From Octopus vulgaris (taxonomy: Eukaryota): a stretch of 64,000 bases of DNA. The position numbers and the translations under genes are program-made. The stretch is taken from contig OX597816.1 of assembly GCA_951406725.2 (NCBI GenBank), positions 143,034,001 through 143,098,000 on the forward strand, in the 5' to 3' direction. The notes below the pieces were generated by a model, which searched no databases, was not told the DNA's origin, and was given only the letters and a program-made list of their open reading frames with translations. Positions 23,355 to 35,805 of the stretch are shown one piece after another (positions within the stretch are counted from its first letter, which is position 1; every line of letters begins with the position of its first letter).

Positions 23355-23930
23355 TTATCTTTTATTTGTTTCAGTCGTTGAAATGTGGCCATGCTGGGGC
23401 ACTACCTTGAAGGATTTAATCAAGCAAGAAAATCTCAGTACTTATTTCTTTTTTTAAAAGCTTGACACACTTATTCTATCAGTCTCTTTGCAAACCAGTA
23501 AGTTACAAGGATGTAAACAAACCAGTACCAGTTGTCAAGTAGAGGGGGACAAACACAAACATATACATACATGCACATATATATATATATATATATATAT
23601 TATCATCATCATCATGTATATATATCTTTTATTTTTTACTTGTTTCAGTCATTAGACTGCAGCCATGCTGGGGTACCAAGTTGAATTTTTAGTCAAATGA
23701 AATGACCCCAGTACTTACTTTTTAAACCTGGTACTTATTCTATTTGTCTTTCTTGTTGAACTGCTAAGTTATGAGGACATAAACACACCAACACCAGTTG
23801 TCAAGTTGGGGGGTGCAAACACAGACACAAAGACACATACACATAGATATACATATATACATACATATATGACATCTGCTTTCATTTTCTGTCTCCCAAA
23901 TCCACTCACAAGACTTTGGTCAACCCGAGG
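23355..23930 (-). mobile_element. Two SINE family A copies (3' portions)
   Basis: TTGTTTCAGTC...GCCATGCTGGGG...CTAAGTTA..GTAAACA.ACCA twice (~23355-23560 and ~23628-23930). Confidence 0.85.
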
Positions 23931-24017
23931 TTAGCACATCAACAAAAACCAAAAGAATAAATTTAAAACATGAGATTTATATGAATTATATATTAACATA
24001 AACGAGTAGTAATTATT

Positions 24018-24409
24018 CTTTTCTACTCTAGGCACAAGGCCCGAAATTTTGGGTGGAGCCAGTCAATTAGATCAATCCCAGTACACAACTGATACTTAAT
24101 TTATTGACCGCAAAAGGATGAAAGGCAAAGTGGACCTCGGCGGAATTTGAACTCAGAACATAAAGGCAGACAAAATACCTATTTCTTTACTACCCACAAG
24201 GGGCTAAACACAAAGAGGACAAACAAGGACAGACAAACAGATTAAGTCGATTACATCGATCCCAGTGCGTAACTGGTACTTAATTTATTGATCCCGAAAG
24301 GATGAAAGGCAAAGTTGACCTCGGCGGAATTTGAACTCAGAACGTAACAGCAGACAAAATACAGCTATGCATTTCGCCCGGCGTGCTGTTTCTGGCAGCT
24401 CGCCGCCTC
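24018..24409 (-). mobile_element. Dimeric SINE family B (head-core-tail 1 + core-tail 2) inside a single TSD
   Basis: TSD ACGAGTAGTAATTATT 24002-24017 / ATGAATAGTAATTATT 24410-24425; core GGATGAAAGGCAAAGT.GACCTCGGCGGAATTTGAACTCAGAAC occurs twice. Confidence 0.88.
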
Positions 24410-24497
24410 ATGAATAGTAATTATTGCTTTTATTACTGCTATAAACTGTATTATGACAAGATATTTATCTGTGTCTTTCTTTTTATTTCTCTTTCAG

Positions 24498-24536
24498 ATA
24501 TGCAAGTGATTGCAGAGATACTTCATTTCAAATAGA
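24498..24536 (+). other. Candidate 39-nt symmetric (phase 2-2) microexon, -YASDCRDTSFQI-
   Basis: Long polypyrimidine tract TCTTTCTTTTTATTTCTCTTTCAG, 39 nt, then GTGAGT; only one of three frames is open. Confidence 0.35.
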
Positions 24537-24925
24537 GTGAGTAGCAGTAATCTACAGGGGTGAACATGGGCTTTGTAAATTATCAGTAAGCAATTGGTAT
24601 GTTTTTAAAGTCATCATACATATATGCATAAGGATTCTTTGTAGACTGCTCTCTCTCTACCTGTCTATTGATTGAGTTAGCTATCTATCTATCTATCTAT
24701 CTATCTATCCATCCATATATATATATGTATGTATATATATATATATCCATCCATCTATCTATCTATATATCTATATATATATATCCATCTATTTATCTAT
24801 CTAAATATCTATCTATCCATCCATCCATTCATCTATATATCTGTCTGTCTCTGTCTTCCTCTTTCTCTCTCTGTCTTTCTCTTTGTTTTCCTTACTCTCT
24901 CTCTCTCTCTCTCTCACACACACAT

Positions 24926-24977
<52 letters not shown>

Positions 24978-26280
24978 ACCCACACACACACACATATCAT
25001 TATCATCATCATTTCTTCTTTAATTTTTTTTCTTTTTTAAAGTAACATCTGTTTTCCCATGCCTGAATGGATTAGATGAAACTGATTAGTCATATTATGA
25101 CACTAAGCTTTCTATACAGAGATGTGATAAGATTACATGTTCTGGAGTATATGTAACTAGAGTAAAATTTTCACGGCTGGATGCCCTTCCTATTCTCTAC
25201 ATGTATGTGTGTGCTGCATCTGTGTACCTGTGTTTGTTAGCATGCGTGCATGTGTGTAATAAGATTTATTGATATTACAGTGTAGCTGTTGTTATCGATG
25301 CTTCAGTCGTTATTGATGCTCTGGCTAGCATGAATGAAACATTATTTCTTCCTTTACAACAGTGAGTTCTCTATGTTTTCACAAAGTTGAATGGTTAACA
25401 TCCTAAAATGAGAGAGAGAGAGAGAGAGTTAGAAAGAGAGAGAAAGTGGGAAGAAGAGACAGAGAAAGAGGGGGAAGAGACAGAGTGAGAGAAGAGGGAC
25501 AGAGAAACTGTTCATATAGATACCAATTGTAATTTTTGTAATAGATACAAAATTAGCTTTGTTGTGGATCAGAACAAACAATAAGATATTCTCAGTATAA
25601 TAAAGTCGCTTTAACAGATAAATGACTCATCTTCCGCCATACTGAACCTTTCATGTTTTGTGATCAATTCATTTTTTAAAAAAATTTCAATTTATTTTTT
25701 TTTTATATACACCATCATCACTTTTTTTTTTTCTTTGAAAAGAATGGTGTAATAAAATTCTTTTTTCTGCCTTGTTGACTGTTAACTATAGACTAGTTAG
25801 GGAAAAAAAAGACTGTGATTTTATTTGTTTATTTTAAATTGTTCTGTTTAATAAAGGAGATAAAGGACAATTTACCTAAAAGATTAATATGTATGTTGTG
25901 ACTAACAGACAGAGCTTCAAACTGTACAGTAAAATAACTCAATTGTGCAGTATAATGGATCACAAAATTTGACTGAATTCAGTTTGTAGAATTCTATTTT
26001 GAACTTCCTTATTTGCATTATAAATAAAGGAGTGGATAACATATTCAACAGCACATTGGAGAAAATACCTTATCATATGTGGATGCATCCTTCTACATTC
26101 TAAGTACAAAGCATACCCAGATCGATTTTGTCTTTCAGTTTTGCAATTTCAATTAAATAAATACTGAGACTGATATAATCTGCTCAACTCTAGCATGGCC
26201 ACAATAAAAGAATAAAAGTGGAAAACAATATAAACTCAAATAAATGAAACTGTATCTTCTTACATTTCTTTTGACTGTGA

Positions 26281-26425
26281 CTCAGATATACATCAATGTA
26301 TGTAGATGACCCATTATATACACCAATATAAAAAATGGCCCAGTATATACATCAACATATAGATGATCCTGTACATACATCAGCATATATAAGATCTAGA
26401 ATATACATCAACATATATAGATGTC
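26281..26425. repeat. Minisatellite, ~28-bp unit, ~5 copies
   Basis: Unit approximately CCAGTATATACATCAACATATAGATGAT. Confidence 0.8.
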
Positions 26426-27432
26426 ATTTAGTCAAGGTGGAAAGGGTAGTGTCCATGATTCTTTATTATTATTATTTTTTTACTCTTTAGATTGATGGGA
26501 GAGAGAATGTTATCCTCCAACCTAAGACCTGGCCCAAATGCTTGCAACAAAGTAAACACAACTAAAGGTACCCAACGATTTGGTAGTGATGTTAAACTGG
26601 TCTAACACCCATTTACTCAGGATGCAAAAATGCTTGAATAAACACCACAAGGTATCTTGTCTTACTCTGATGCTCTAATTATTCCACCAATCCTCCAACC
26701 TGAACTAAAACTTTATTTTACTGACACTGTGTCCCCAACCCCGCCCTGACACCCCAATAATGACAAGATGAAAGACAATGTTGATCTTAACTGGATTCGA
26801 ATTCAGAATGAAGAGAGTCAAAACAAATTCCACCAAGTATTTTGTCCTATACTTTAATGGCTACCAATTCCCCATTTCATGTTTATAAATCTATAGAATA
26901 CAGTCTCCCACTCCCAACCCCATTTTACAGGTACCTCAGGTTATGGGATGTCCCAGGTTATGTAGACTGTAAAGTATGACCGCTAATTTCCGGATATGGT
27001 CTGTAATTTCACCCTTACGGAACTCAGATAAATTAATGTGTACAAGAATCAACTGAAAAGTTCATAGGCTGACCAAGACACTCTCATAGAATGTGACCAA
27101 ATGAGGTCACACACTTGCGGTCCACACACTTCTTCCATTGGTGTTGCAGTATTCAGATCCCATTGATGAAGAAACTTCCATCTTGTTGAGCAAAAATGTC
27201 AACAGCCAAGTGTTTTCTCATGTTGGGAAATAGATGAAATCAGGAGAATAGGAGGGTGATCAACTAGTTCAAAACCACTGTCATGCACAGAAGCCATTGA
27301 AAGCAAGAACTGGTGTCCTGGAGCATAGACCTCACGGAACAAGATCTCTTTCACCAGTTTTCCTGAGTGTTTGGTCTTGATATCTATTTGCCTCAGCATG
27401 TTAGCATAGCACTTTTCATTGATGGTATGACA

Positions 27433-27654
27433 AGGTGGCAAGCTGGCGCACGCTGGGCGAAATGCTTAGCCGTATTTCATCTGCCGTTACGTTCTGAGTT
27501 CAAATTCCACCGAGGTCGACTTTGCCTTTCATCCTTTCAGGGTCGCTAAATTAAGTACCAGTTACGCACTGGGGTCGATGTAATCGACTTAATCCATTTG
27601 TCTGTCCTTGTTTGTCCTCTCTGTGTTTAGCCACTTGTGGGTAGTAAAGAAATA
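27433..27654 (+). mobile_element. SINE family B inserted in the mariner
   Basis: TSD GGTATGAC at 27424-27431 and 27655-27662; removing the insert restores ...GHTINEK. Confidence 0.88.
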
Positions 27655-28047
27655 GGTATGACCATTTTTGAAGATAGTCAATAAATACAGTGCCTTTTGC
27701 ATCCTTTCCCCTGCAGATGAAACTATCTTGGCTTTATTTGGAGCAGGTGAGGAGGGGTGTTTCCTATGCATGGGTTGTCTCTTTGTCTCTGGCTCAAAAT
27801 GATGAAGCCAACTCTCATCCTCGCTTAAGAAACATTCAAGGAAACCAACTGGATCTGCCTCAAACCATGTTAGATCTACATATGATGTGGTCAGCCTGGT
27901 GTGCCTTTGATCAGGTTTCAGAAGACATGGCATCCACTGAGCAGAAATCTTCATCATACCAAGTTCATTGTTCAGAATATTCTCAACTCTCTCATGGGAT
28001 ATGCTATTAGTATTGGCTATTTGATTTATAGCCTACAATCAAATTTG

Positions 28048-28454
28048 TTGACTGGCATCCGTGCAAGTGGAGCACTAAGAGCACCATCCAAGCATGATCG
28101 TTGCCAGAGCGGCTAACTGGCGTCTGTGCCAGTGGCATGTAAAAAGCACCATTCGAGCGTGATCATTACCAGCATCGCCTTACTGGCACTTGTGCTGTGT
28201 TCATGTAGCACATAAAAAAAAATCACCATTTGGGCATGGCTGTTGCCAGTACAGCCTGACTGGCCCTCATGCTGGTGGCACGAAAAAGCACCCATTACAC
28301 TCTTGGAGTGGTTGGTATTAGGAAGGGCATCCAGCTGTAGAAACTCTGTGAGATCAAGATTGGAGCCTGGTGCAGCCATCTGGTTTACCAGTCAAATCGT
28401 CCAACTCATGCTAGCATGGAAAGCGGATGTTAAATGACGATGATGATGATGATG
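28048..28454 (+). mobile_element. RTE 3' UTR with ~65-bp internal tandem units and (ATG)n tail, inserted in the mariner
   Basis: Four units of TGGC..GTGC..GTGGCA.GTAAAAAGCACC; tail GGAAGGGCATCCAGCTGTAGAAAC...GTTAAATGACGATGATG. Confidence 0.85.
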
Positions 28455-28819
28455 AATCCATCACCATGTGACAAACACAATCAATCCATTCAAATAATCA
28501 CATATTTATATTAAGACATAGATAATAAAGATGTAGAAATATAAGAATATAAACATAAAAACTATAAGGAGTACCATGAAAGTAGAAAATATAGCTAGAA
28601 TAGATTAAAGGAGGCGATTGAAAGGGTCAGTCCAAACCTACGGCCATTTCAGAAAAATTCAACTCCCTGTATAAAAGATTTCCTTCCCCAGGGTTCCTTT
28701 CTTGTGGCAAAATCCAGTAAGGCACTATATGGTTTTTTTCGGTTGGTTGTTGAGTATCAAATGGATGAATAAGAATAAAAATATAAATATGTATATGTGC
28801 GTTAGAAACACTGCCAGAT

Positions 28820-28930
28820 AAGACTGGAGCCTGGTGCAGCCTTCTGGCTTCCCAGATCCCTGGTCGAACCGTCCAACCCATGCTAGCATGGAGAACGGAC
28901 GTTAAACGATGATGATGATGATGATGATGA
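28820..28930 (+). mobile_element. RTE tail fragment
   Basis: GACTGGAGCCTGGTGCAGCC...CCCATGCTAGCATGGAGAACGGACGTTAAACGATGATG. Confidence 0.85.
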
Positions 28931-28964
28931 TATATATATATATACACACATATATATATATATA

Positions 28965-29555
28965 CTAGCAGCTAAGCCTGGTTTCACCCGGTCAGTTTGG
29001 ATGATGTGGCTGTAAAACATGCTCTGTGTAAGCATTTGACTTGTTTGAGTACACTTACGTTAAAGAACAATTTTAGAATGACTTTTTTCTGTCAAAACGC
29101 TAAAAATAGCTGACCAACAAAAAAAAAAAACCAACCAGGATTCAACCAAATCAAAAAATAAACCCAAATACTAAGCGAACAAAGATGAACCATCCTACTT
29201 CCATTGCGCACACACACAAAAACACACGCACATTCACATACCCCCCTTTACATACATACACATATACTCACACAGAGTTGAAACGCTGTTTGATTTATTA
29301 TTTTCAGCATACAATTTTCATAATCCCCCCTACCAAGTATGACATCACCCCTTCCTTTCTTATTCATAAACACAAGAGTATTATTATAGTAGATTATCTT
29401 GGTAACCATGGGAACTATGAAAAAAATACAAAGCCCAGCATCACCACCACATCATTCTACACATGTGTGTAATTTTTCACGCAATTGCACCCAGCCATTT
29501 GACCATGAATTCCAAGACAAGAAACAATCGCCCCTGTCAAGTTTATATGTATAGA
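28965..29555 (-). mobile_element. Complete non-autonomous Helitron
   Basis: Minus strand A|TCTATACATATAAAC...CCGGGTGAAACCAGG (hairpin) CTTAGCTGCTAG|T: 5'-TC, 3'-CTAG, subterminal hairpin, AT insertion site, no TSD. Confidence 0.8.
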
Positions 29556-29717
29556 TATATACTACGTATGTGAAAAATCAGTGTGTGTTTGTTTGTGGCA
29601 TTGTTAGCTAACTCCTAAGTGCCATGCAGTGGGACTGAACCCAGAACCATGTGTTTGGGAAACAAGCTTCTTACCACACAGCCACGCCTACACCTACATA
29701 TATATATTCATATGTGA

Positions 29718-29767
<50 letters not shown>

Positions 29768-30453
29768 ATGTATGTATGTATGTATGTATGTATGTATGTA
29801 TGTATGTATGTTTGCTTGCTTGAACTCACTGGCTTGCATTGAATTATATATATTCTTTATCTGTTAACTTTCACTTGTTTCAGTCATATATGTATATGAA
29901 AATCTTTTGTTTGGGCATTGATATTCAGTTATGGTGTATTTTACATAAATTAAGGATTTATTGTAGGGGTAATAACAATAATACCTACAATAATAACAAC
30001 ATTAAATATCTCAACAACCAAATGTAGTTTGGAAATAAATTTAAAAAAAAAAACTATTGGCAGAACAGAGAGAGGAGGAGGAGGAGGTAAAATAGAAAGA
30101 TGGAAAACAATAGGAGAGTTCTGTTCAATGATTTTTTTATATTATTTTGTATTAACTTCCCCCCCCCCGGCTCCTCGCATTCTTTTTCTCTCTCACTCTC
30201 TGTCTCTCTCTCTGTCTCTCACTCTCTCTCTCTGTCATCCTTATTAAAAATTCTGACAAAACAGAGAAGAATTGAAAATGATGCTGCAAGGTTGTTGTTA
30301 TTCAGGTCACTTGCTGATTGTAGTGATCATATAGAAATCTTAGGATGACTGTCAGGGTGGGAAGGGATAGACAGACAGAGACAGATAGATAAACTGACTG
30401 ACAGGCAGGCAGGCAAACAGACAGGCAAAAGAAGAGAGACACCAGGAGATAGA

Positions 30454-30498
<45 letters not shown>

Positions 30499-31399
30499 GG
30501 TTTGAACAGAGAAAAGGGGCAAATGAAAATATAGAAAAGAAAAAGAAATAGATAAAAAAAACATTGATAGTTAAATAGATAAATAGAAAAAAAGAGAGGG
30601 AAAGAAGCAAGGGGATAGAGAGGAGGAAAGAATGAGAGGAAAGGTAAAATAAAACTGGACCAAAAAAAAAGTACAAATAAAAAATTAAAAGAGATATAAC
30701 AAGAGACAGGCAAGTAGACAGTGAAGAATGGATGAGGAAAGGAAGACAGGGCAAAAGAGTGAATGGGGGAAAATATACTACAGAGCTGTAAATATATGTA
30801 TGTACAGAATATTATAAAGATAATTTGTATTCATTGCAGATGCTATTGTTGTTATTGTCTAACCCCAGGTCAATCCTGATCAAGCAGATCAAAGGCATTC
30901 CAGGTGGCCATCTTAGGAATACCTAGGGGTACAATAAGTAATGTGTGTCCTTCCCTGGTAAGTTGTGATCCATGTGAGATTTAGCTGTTATTTTATGCAT
31001 GTCAAGTGACTGATGAGTTCATGCCTGCTATGTTTGGTAGTGAGTTGTTATTTAGCTCAGCCCACCCCTACTGATCAAGGTTAGATCAGATTGTACTGCT
31101 TTATGACTGAAGCTATTCCAGCTCTGGCCATCCCATTTTTTATAATTTCAAAGATTATATTGCCCAATTTATCTTTATTGTTGTTGTTGTTAGCAGCAAC
31201 AACAATAATAGTAAAATAATAATGAGCTTATTGTATTCAGTGTTCTGATTCAATAGGACTTGTCAGAAAAGGTTAAAAGAAGGGACAGAAAGCAGCCATA
31301 AGTCAAAGAAAGACAGTAATGAAAGCTAGAAGTACATGCACAGTACACGGAATAAAATAGAAAAAAGTGAACATTAAAAGTGTCATAAATTGAGGAAAG

Positions 31400-33470
31400 G
31401 ATATTTAGGCATGTCAGCAGCAGTGTTGGTGAATTTTGGGAAGCATAACATTTTTAAAGAACGCAGTGCCCTGACAGCTAACAACTGACATGGATAGTTT
31501 ACTCCATGCTTGACAATTCTGAGCATGAATAAATATGTTTCCAAATGTCACGGTTGCTGCACTGTTTTTTGATTTTATAAGCATGTCCACAAGTGATAGA
31601 GGTGTTGAATTCAAAGAGGTCACCAAAGTTGTTTTCAGAAAGATGGTGAATAATCTTATGGGCTTCTACCATGTCAGCTGCTAGACATCAAAACTTCAGT
31701 GTGTCAAAACTGAGAGAAGCAATACATTCAAGATATGGTAAGTGGTTGATAGAGAGTATTTGTCTGGCTGCACATCTGTGAGCAACTTCTAGTAGATTGA
31801 TATTCCAGACAAGATGGGAGCTTCAGACTGAGATTCAAACTGTAAGTGTTCACATGCCATAACCATATATAGTTTTAAATAGATAACAGGTGAGTGGCTG
31901 ACAAAGATCAAATTGAGTGATGCTAAAACACCTTAAGCCATTTTAATGATTTTAGAAATGTGGTTTGTCTAATGCAGATCATTCATTGTTAATGATAATG
32001 CTGAGGTCACATTCACCAGCAAACTTCTTAAGGTTAGTGTTGTGAAGGTAGCAGCAAATTCTAGGTTTAAGTTCCCAAAATGTATAGTGTTATACTTGTC
32101 TTCAGCCAGCTTTAATTGCCAGTCAGCAATCAATTGCTGCATTGTGTTCAGGTCAGATTGCAGCCAAGACCTGTACTCCATTCCTTTTATCTCAAGGTAC
32201 AGCTTAATACTGTCTACATATTTTAACATAGTAATATGCTTCAAACTGACATTTATTTCATTTATGTATGCAACAAATAACAGGAATTCAAGGAGAGATC
32301 CCTGTAGGACACTAGATGTTATATAAAGCATAGAATATTGTCCTTGTACTGTGACTACCTCTTTTCAACCAAGAATAATGGACTTTAACTAGTTATAAAG
32401 ATTAGTTTTCATGCCTATTGCAGAGATCTTTGCCATAAGTCGTTTGTGTGAACAGAATTAAAGGCTCTGGTAAAGTTGAGATAGATAACATCCACCTATG
32501 AGTTGCCAGCAGTGATTTAAGTGATGTCTTTAAGAAATTTGATGAGTTGGTCTCAGCAGCTGAAGTTAGACATAAATTCAAATTGTAGGGTCAAATAAGA
32601 TTATGAGAGTTCCCGAATTCCCAGAGTGTCTTACTAATACAAGGACTCCATTTGGCAATACAGCTTGTGAGACTGACTGGACAGTAACTGACAAATGATA
32701 TGGAGTCACCTATTTTGAATGGAGGATTGATACTGGCAATTTTCCTCTGTTATAGAATAACATAGTAAATAAGGAAGAATTAGCAAACTAGCAAAGCTGA
32801 TGCAGTAGAAAGAACCTGCTGCATTTAAGAAGCAGAAAAGTAACACTATCAAGACCACAGGATGCATAGTTGCACATATTCTTGAGGTAGCATCACAGCA
32901 TTGCAAGAGTAGATTCAACATGTTATGAAATTTAGTGTCAGTAGCAGTAAAAATGGTACAACTGGATGGATTTTTAACAGTAAAAATGCTAGCAAGGCAT
33001 TTGGCAATAAGTTCTGTGCACTCTTTAGGATCATCTGACACATGTGGGGATTGTAAAAATGACTGACTGGAAAGTGAGGCCTCTTTCAAACTTATATTTT
33101 GAAAACATTTGGACTATCCAGGTTGGTGGCTATGTGTTGTTCAAATTTAAGTACTGCCTTTTTAGTCACCTGCTTGTTATAACTAGATACATTGTTGTAC
33201 CTTCTATTATCCTTTGTCTGGTTCTGTGTAATCTGAATTCACTTTCAGTATCCCATCATTCATTCCTGGCAAGGTGGAATGTTGCCATATCCCATATTGC
33301 ACTTTTAGGATTTAGTGGTACTGATGCTTCACATGTGGCCATTGAATTAAAGATGTGCTGAAGGTTGATATTGACATCTCCAGAATCATAGAAAGCAAGC
33401 CAATTTGGACATTGTAGGAGTTCCAGTCAGCTTTATTCCAGTCAAAGTGGGAAGTTTGGAGGTAGTGGTG
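31400..33470 (-). mobile_element. Decayed CR1-clade LINE (ORF2 RT region and 3' end)
   Basis: SSVLQGSLLEFLLFVAYINEI..LKYVDSIKLY..LQSDL..WQLKL (GVPQGS.LGPLLF / YADD motifs); VIYLNFTRAFNSV upstream. Confidence 0.85.
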
Positions 33471-35094
33471 GCTTTTGATGGAAGGTTTTAGTTTAAATCA
33501 CTACAAAACTGGAAGTTTATATCATAGAACTAGGAGGAAGTCTCAGGCAAGTTGGTATCAAAGCAGTTAATAATAATGTACTGAAGTTAATCCTATCAAA
33601 AATACCATTCTTTTAAACCAATTACTTTATCAATAGATATAACCATATCTATAAAAAAACAAAATCCAACTAAATTCAAAATTACTGAAATTGTTTTCTA
33701 TTTTAATGCTTTTTTAGTTTTGTAAAGAAATATATCCCGTACTTATTTTCACATCAAATGTGTCAGATTAAAGCGATAGGATTATAAAGAATTACAATTG
33801 CAGAACATTCCTGTTGAAGACTCATTACAGAACAATAACTATATTAAACAATTAAGGCAGTTTCCATGGCAGGAACTTTGTGATTTTAAAGGAGAATTTT
33901 GAATGTTGCTTTCACTCTTCTTTTGCAAACCAAACTAGAATGAGCCTGAGTCATCTGCAATGCAATCAATTAACTCGTTTAATAATGTTGTATGCATGTG
34001 TTGAAGGACGAGTAATTCTTCAGAAACCAGTCACTTGGGAGTGTTAATACAAATTTTTTTTCATACAGAGAACTAAAAATAAAAAAAAGAAAGAAAGAAA
34101 ACAGAAACACAGAAGTAGAATCTTTTTCACAAATTTTCCACCATGTTTTAATAAAAAGAGGGAGAAGAAACTGATGAATAAATAGAAATAATTTTTGCTG
34201 TGAAATAAAGTCTTGAAATATGAGAAGCTAAATAAATAGAGTAAGAAATGTAAAGGTATGAGTCATCTTCATGACTTTGCGAAATATTGCTTAATAATTA
34301 TTCATGGGACAATTTGAAATTATGTACACTAATTGAATCAAGAGAGGACAACATTCTTGTCATTTCTCATGAAACAATATGAAGAGAAGACATTTCACAC
34401 CAAATTTTCGTTTTTAGAAATGTATCGTCATTCTTTAAAATTTCTTTCAATATTGACAGCCTGTTAGGGCAAAATGTTTATTGTAAAAGATAGACATCAT
34501 TTTAATGACTGTTTCAAATAGAAAGTATTAAAAATACCTCCTTTGGCAGAAAGTCTAAGCTTACAGAAATGTTTTGTTTGAATATTTTCTTGTTTTCAGA
34601 TATATATATCTAGTGACAGAACAAAGTGGAGTATCTTTCAAATTTAATGATAAATGAGAGTTTTTGGAATTATTGGAAAGGGCTGATTAAAATGTATCAA
34701 TTCATGTGAGTGCTCTGACAACAGTAATAATGAGAACTGTAATGGCAGCAATGATAACCACTACCACCACCAACTACCACAACAAACAACCCAAATAATG
34801 ATTTCTTACTTAGTCAAATAACAGCAGCAGAAGCAGCAATAACTTCCTTAAATTTAATAAGTTTTTTTTTAAAGTTGTCATTATTAGTTTATTGCCAAAA
34901 TAAATAATAAGAAACAAGCACCTTGTGAGATAATTCTGGGATCTAGTTTCAATTCTTGTTTAAAACCACTTCATTTATATTACTAATAGCCTTAACAAAA
35001 ACAAGATTCTCACAAAAACAAGTTTTCTTTTGTTATAAATATGTAGCCTTTATGCCTTGTCAAAAGTTGTTACTTAAAAGAAGTTCATCTACAT

Positions 35095-35250
35095 AATATT
35101 ATATAACATAATATAAATACATTATTTATATAATATAATATGATATAATATAATATAATATAATATAACATAATATAAATATATAATTTATATAATTTAC
35201 ATAATATAATTTATATAATATAGCATAATATCAATACATAATTTTTATAA
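35095..35250. repeat. (ATATA/ACATA)n pentanucleotide microsatellite
   Basis: Visible AATAT periodic run. Confidence 0.85.
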
Positions 35251-35592
35251 TATATATCAACACCATTTTTATATTTGTTTTTCCATGTTGGCATGAGTTG
35301 TACAACTTTAACAACATCTCACTGTGTATTGTGATGCTTCATCATTTAACACACTCAGAAACCAGTCAACTTTGTTGTTGGTGTGTCATGTTTTTTTTCT
35401 TGTTCTGTGTGCATGCATGTGTGCATATGTCCCCTTATTCTACTATCATGTGATAATTGTAAACAAGCACATATTTCTAATCTTCTGGGAAAATAACAAG
35501 TCTGATTATGAGGAAATATTACTTTGCTTTGAAATAGGTGAGGGTTTGCATCAAGAAGAGCATCTGGCTGGAGAAAATCTGCCACAAAGAAT

Positions 35593-35805
35593 TCATCATC
35601 ATCATCATTTAACGTCCGCTTTCCATGCTAGCATGGGTTGGACGATTTGACTGAGGTCTGGTGAACCAGATGGCTGCACCAGACTCCAATCTGATCTGGC
35701 AGAGTTTCTACAGCTGGATGCCCTTCCTAATGCCAACCACTCTGAGAGTGTAGTGGGTGCTTTTACTTGCCACCGGCACAAAGGTCAGTCAGGCAGTACT
35801 GGCTA
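35593..35805 (-). mobile_element. RTE tail element nested in an older SINE A-variant (~35400-35845)
   Basis: CATCATCATTTAACGTCCGCTTTCCATGCTAGCATGGGTTGGACG; host SINE tail resumes after 35805. Confidence 0.85.

Larger units (their letters stand above)
27043..28490 (-). mobile_element. Decayed mariner (irritans/Himar1-like), twice interrupted
   Basis: TA plus TIR-like CAAGAATCAACTGAAAAGTTC at 27041; protein ISAQWMPCLL..DQ..FLSEDESWLHHFEPETKRQ..KAKIVSSAG; GFELVDHPP. Confidence 0.85.

Noticed and set aside
26281-26425. CRISPR-like periodic repeats (also 11296-11916 and 48738-49270)
   Set aside because: Eukaryotic context, degenerate units, no unique spacers of constant length and no cas genes
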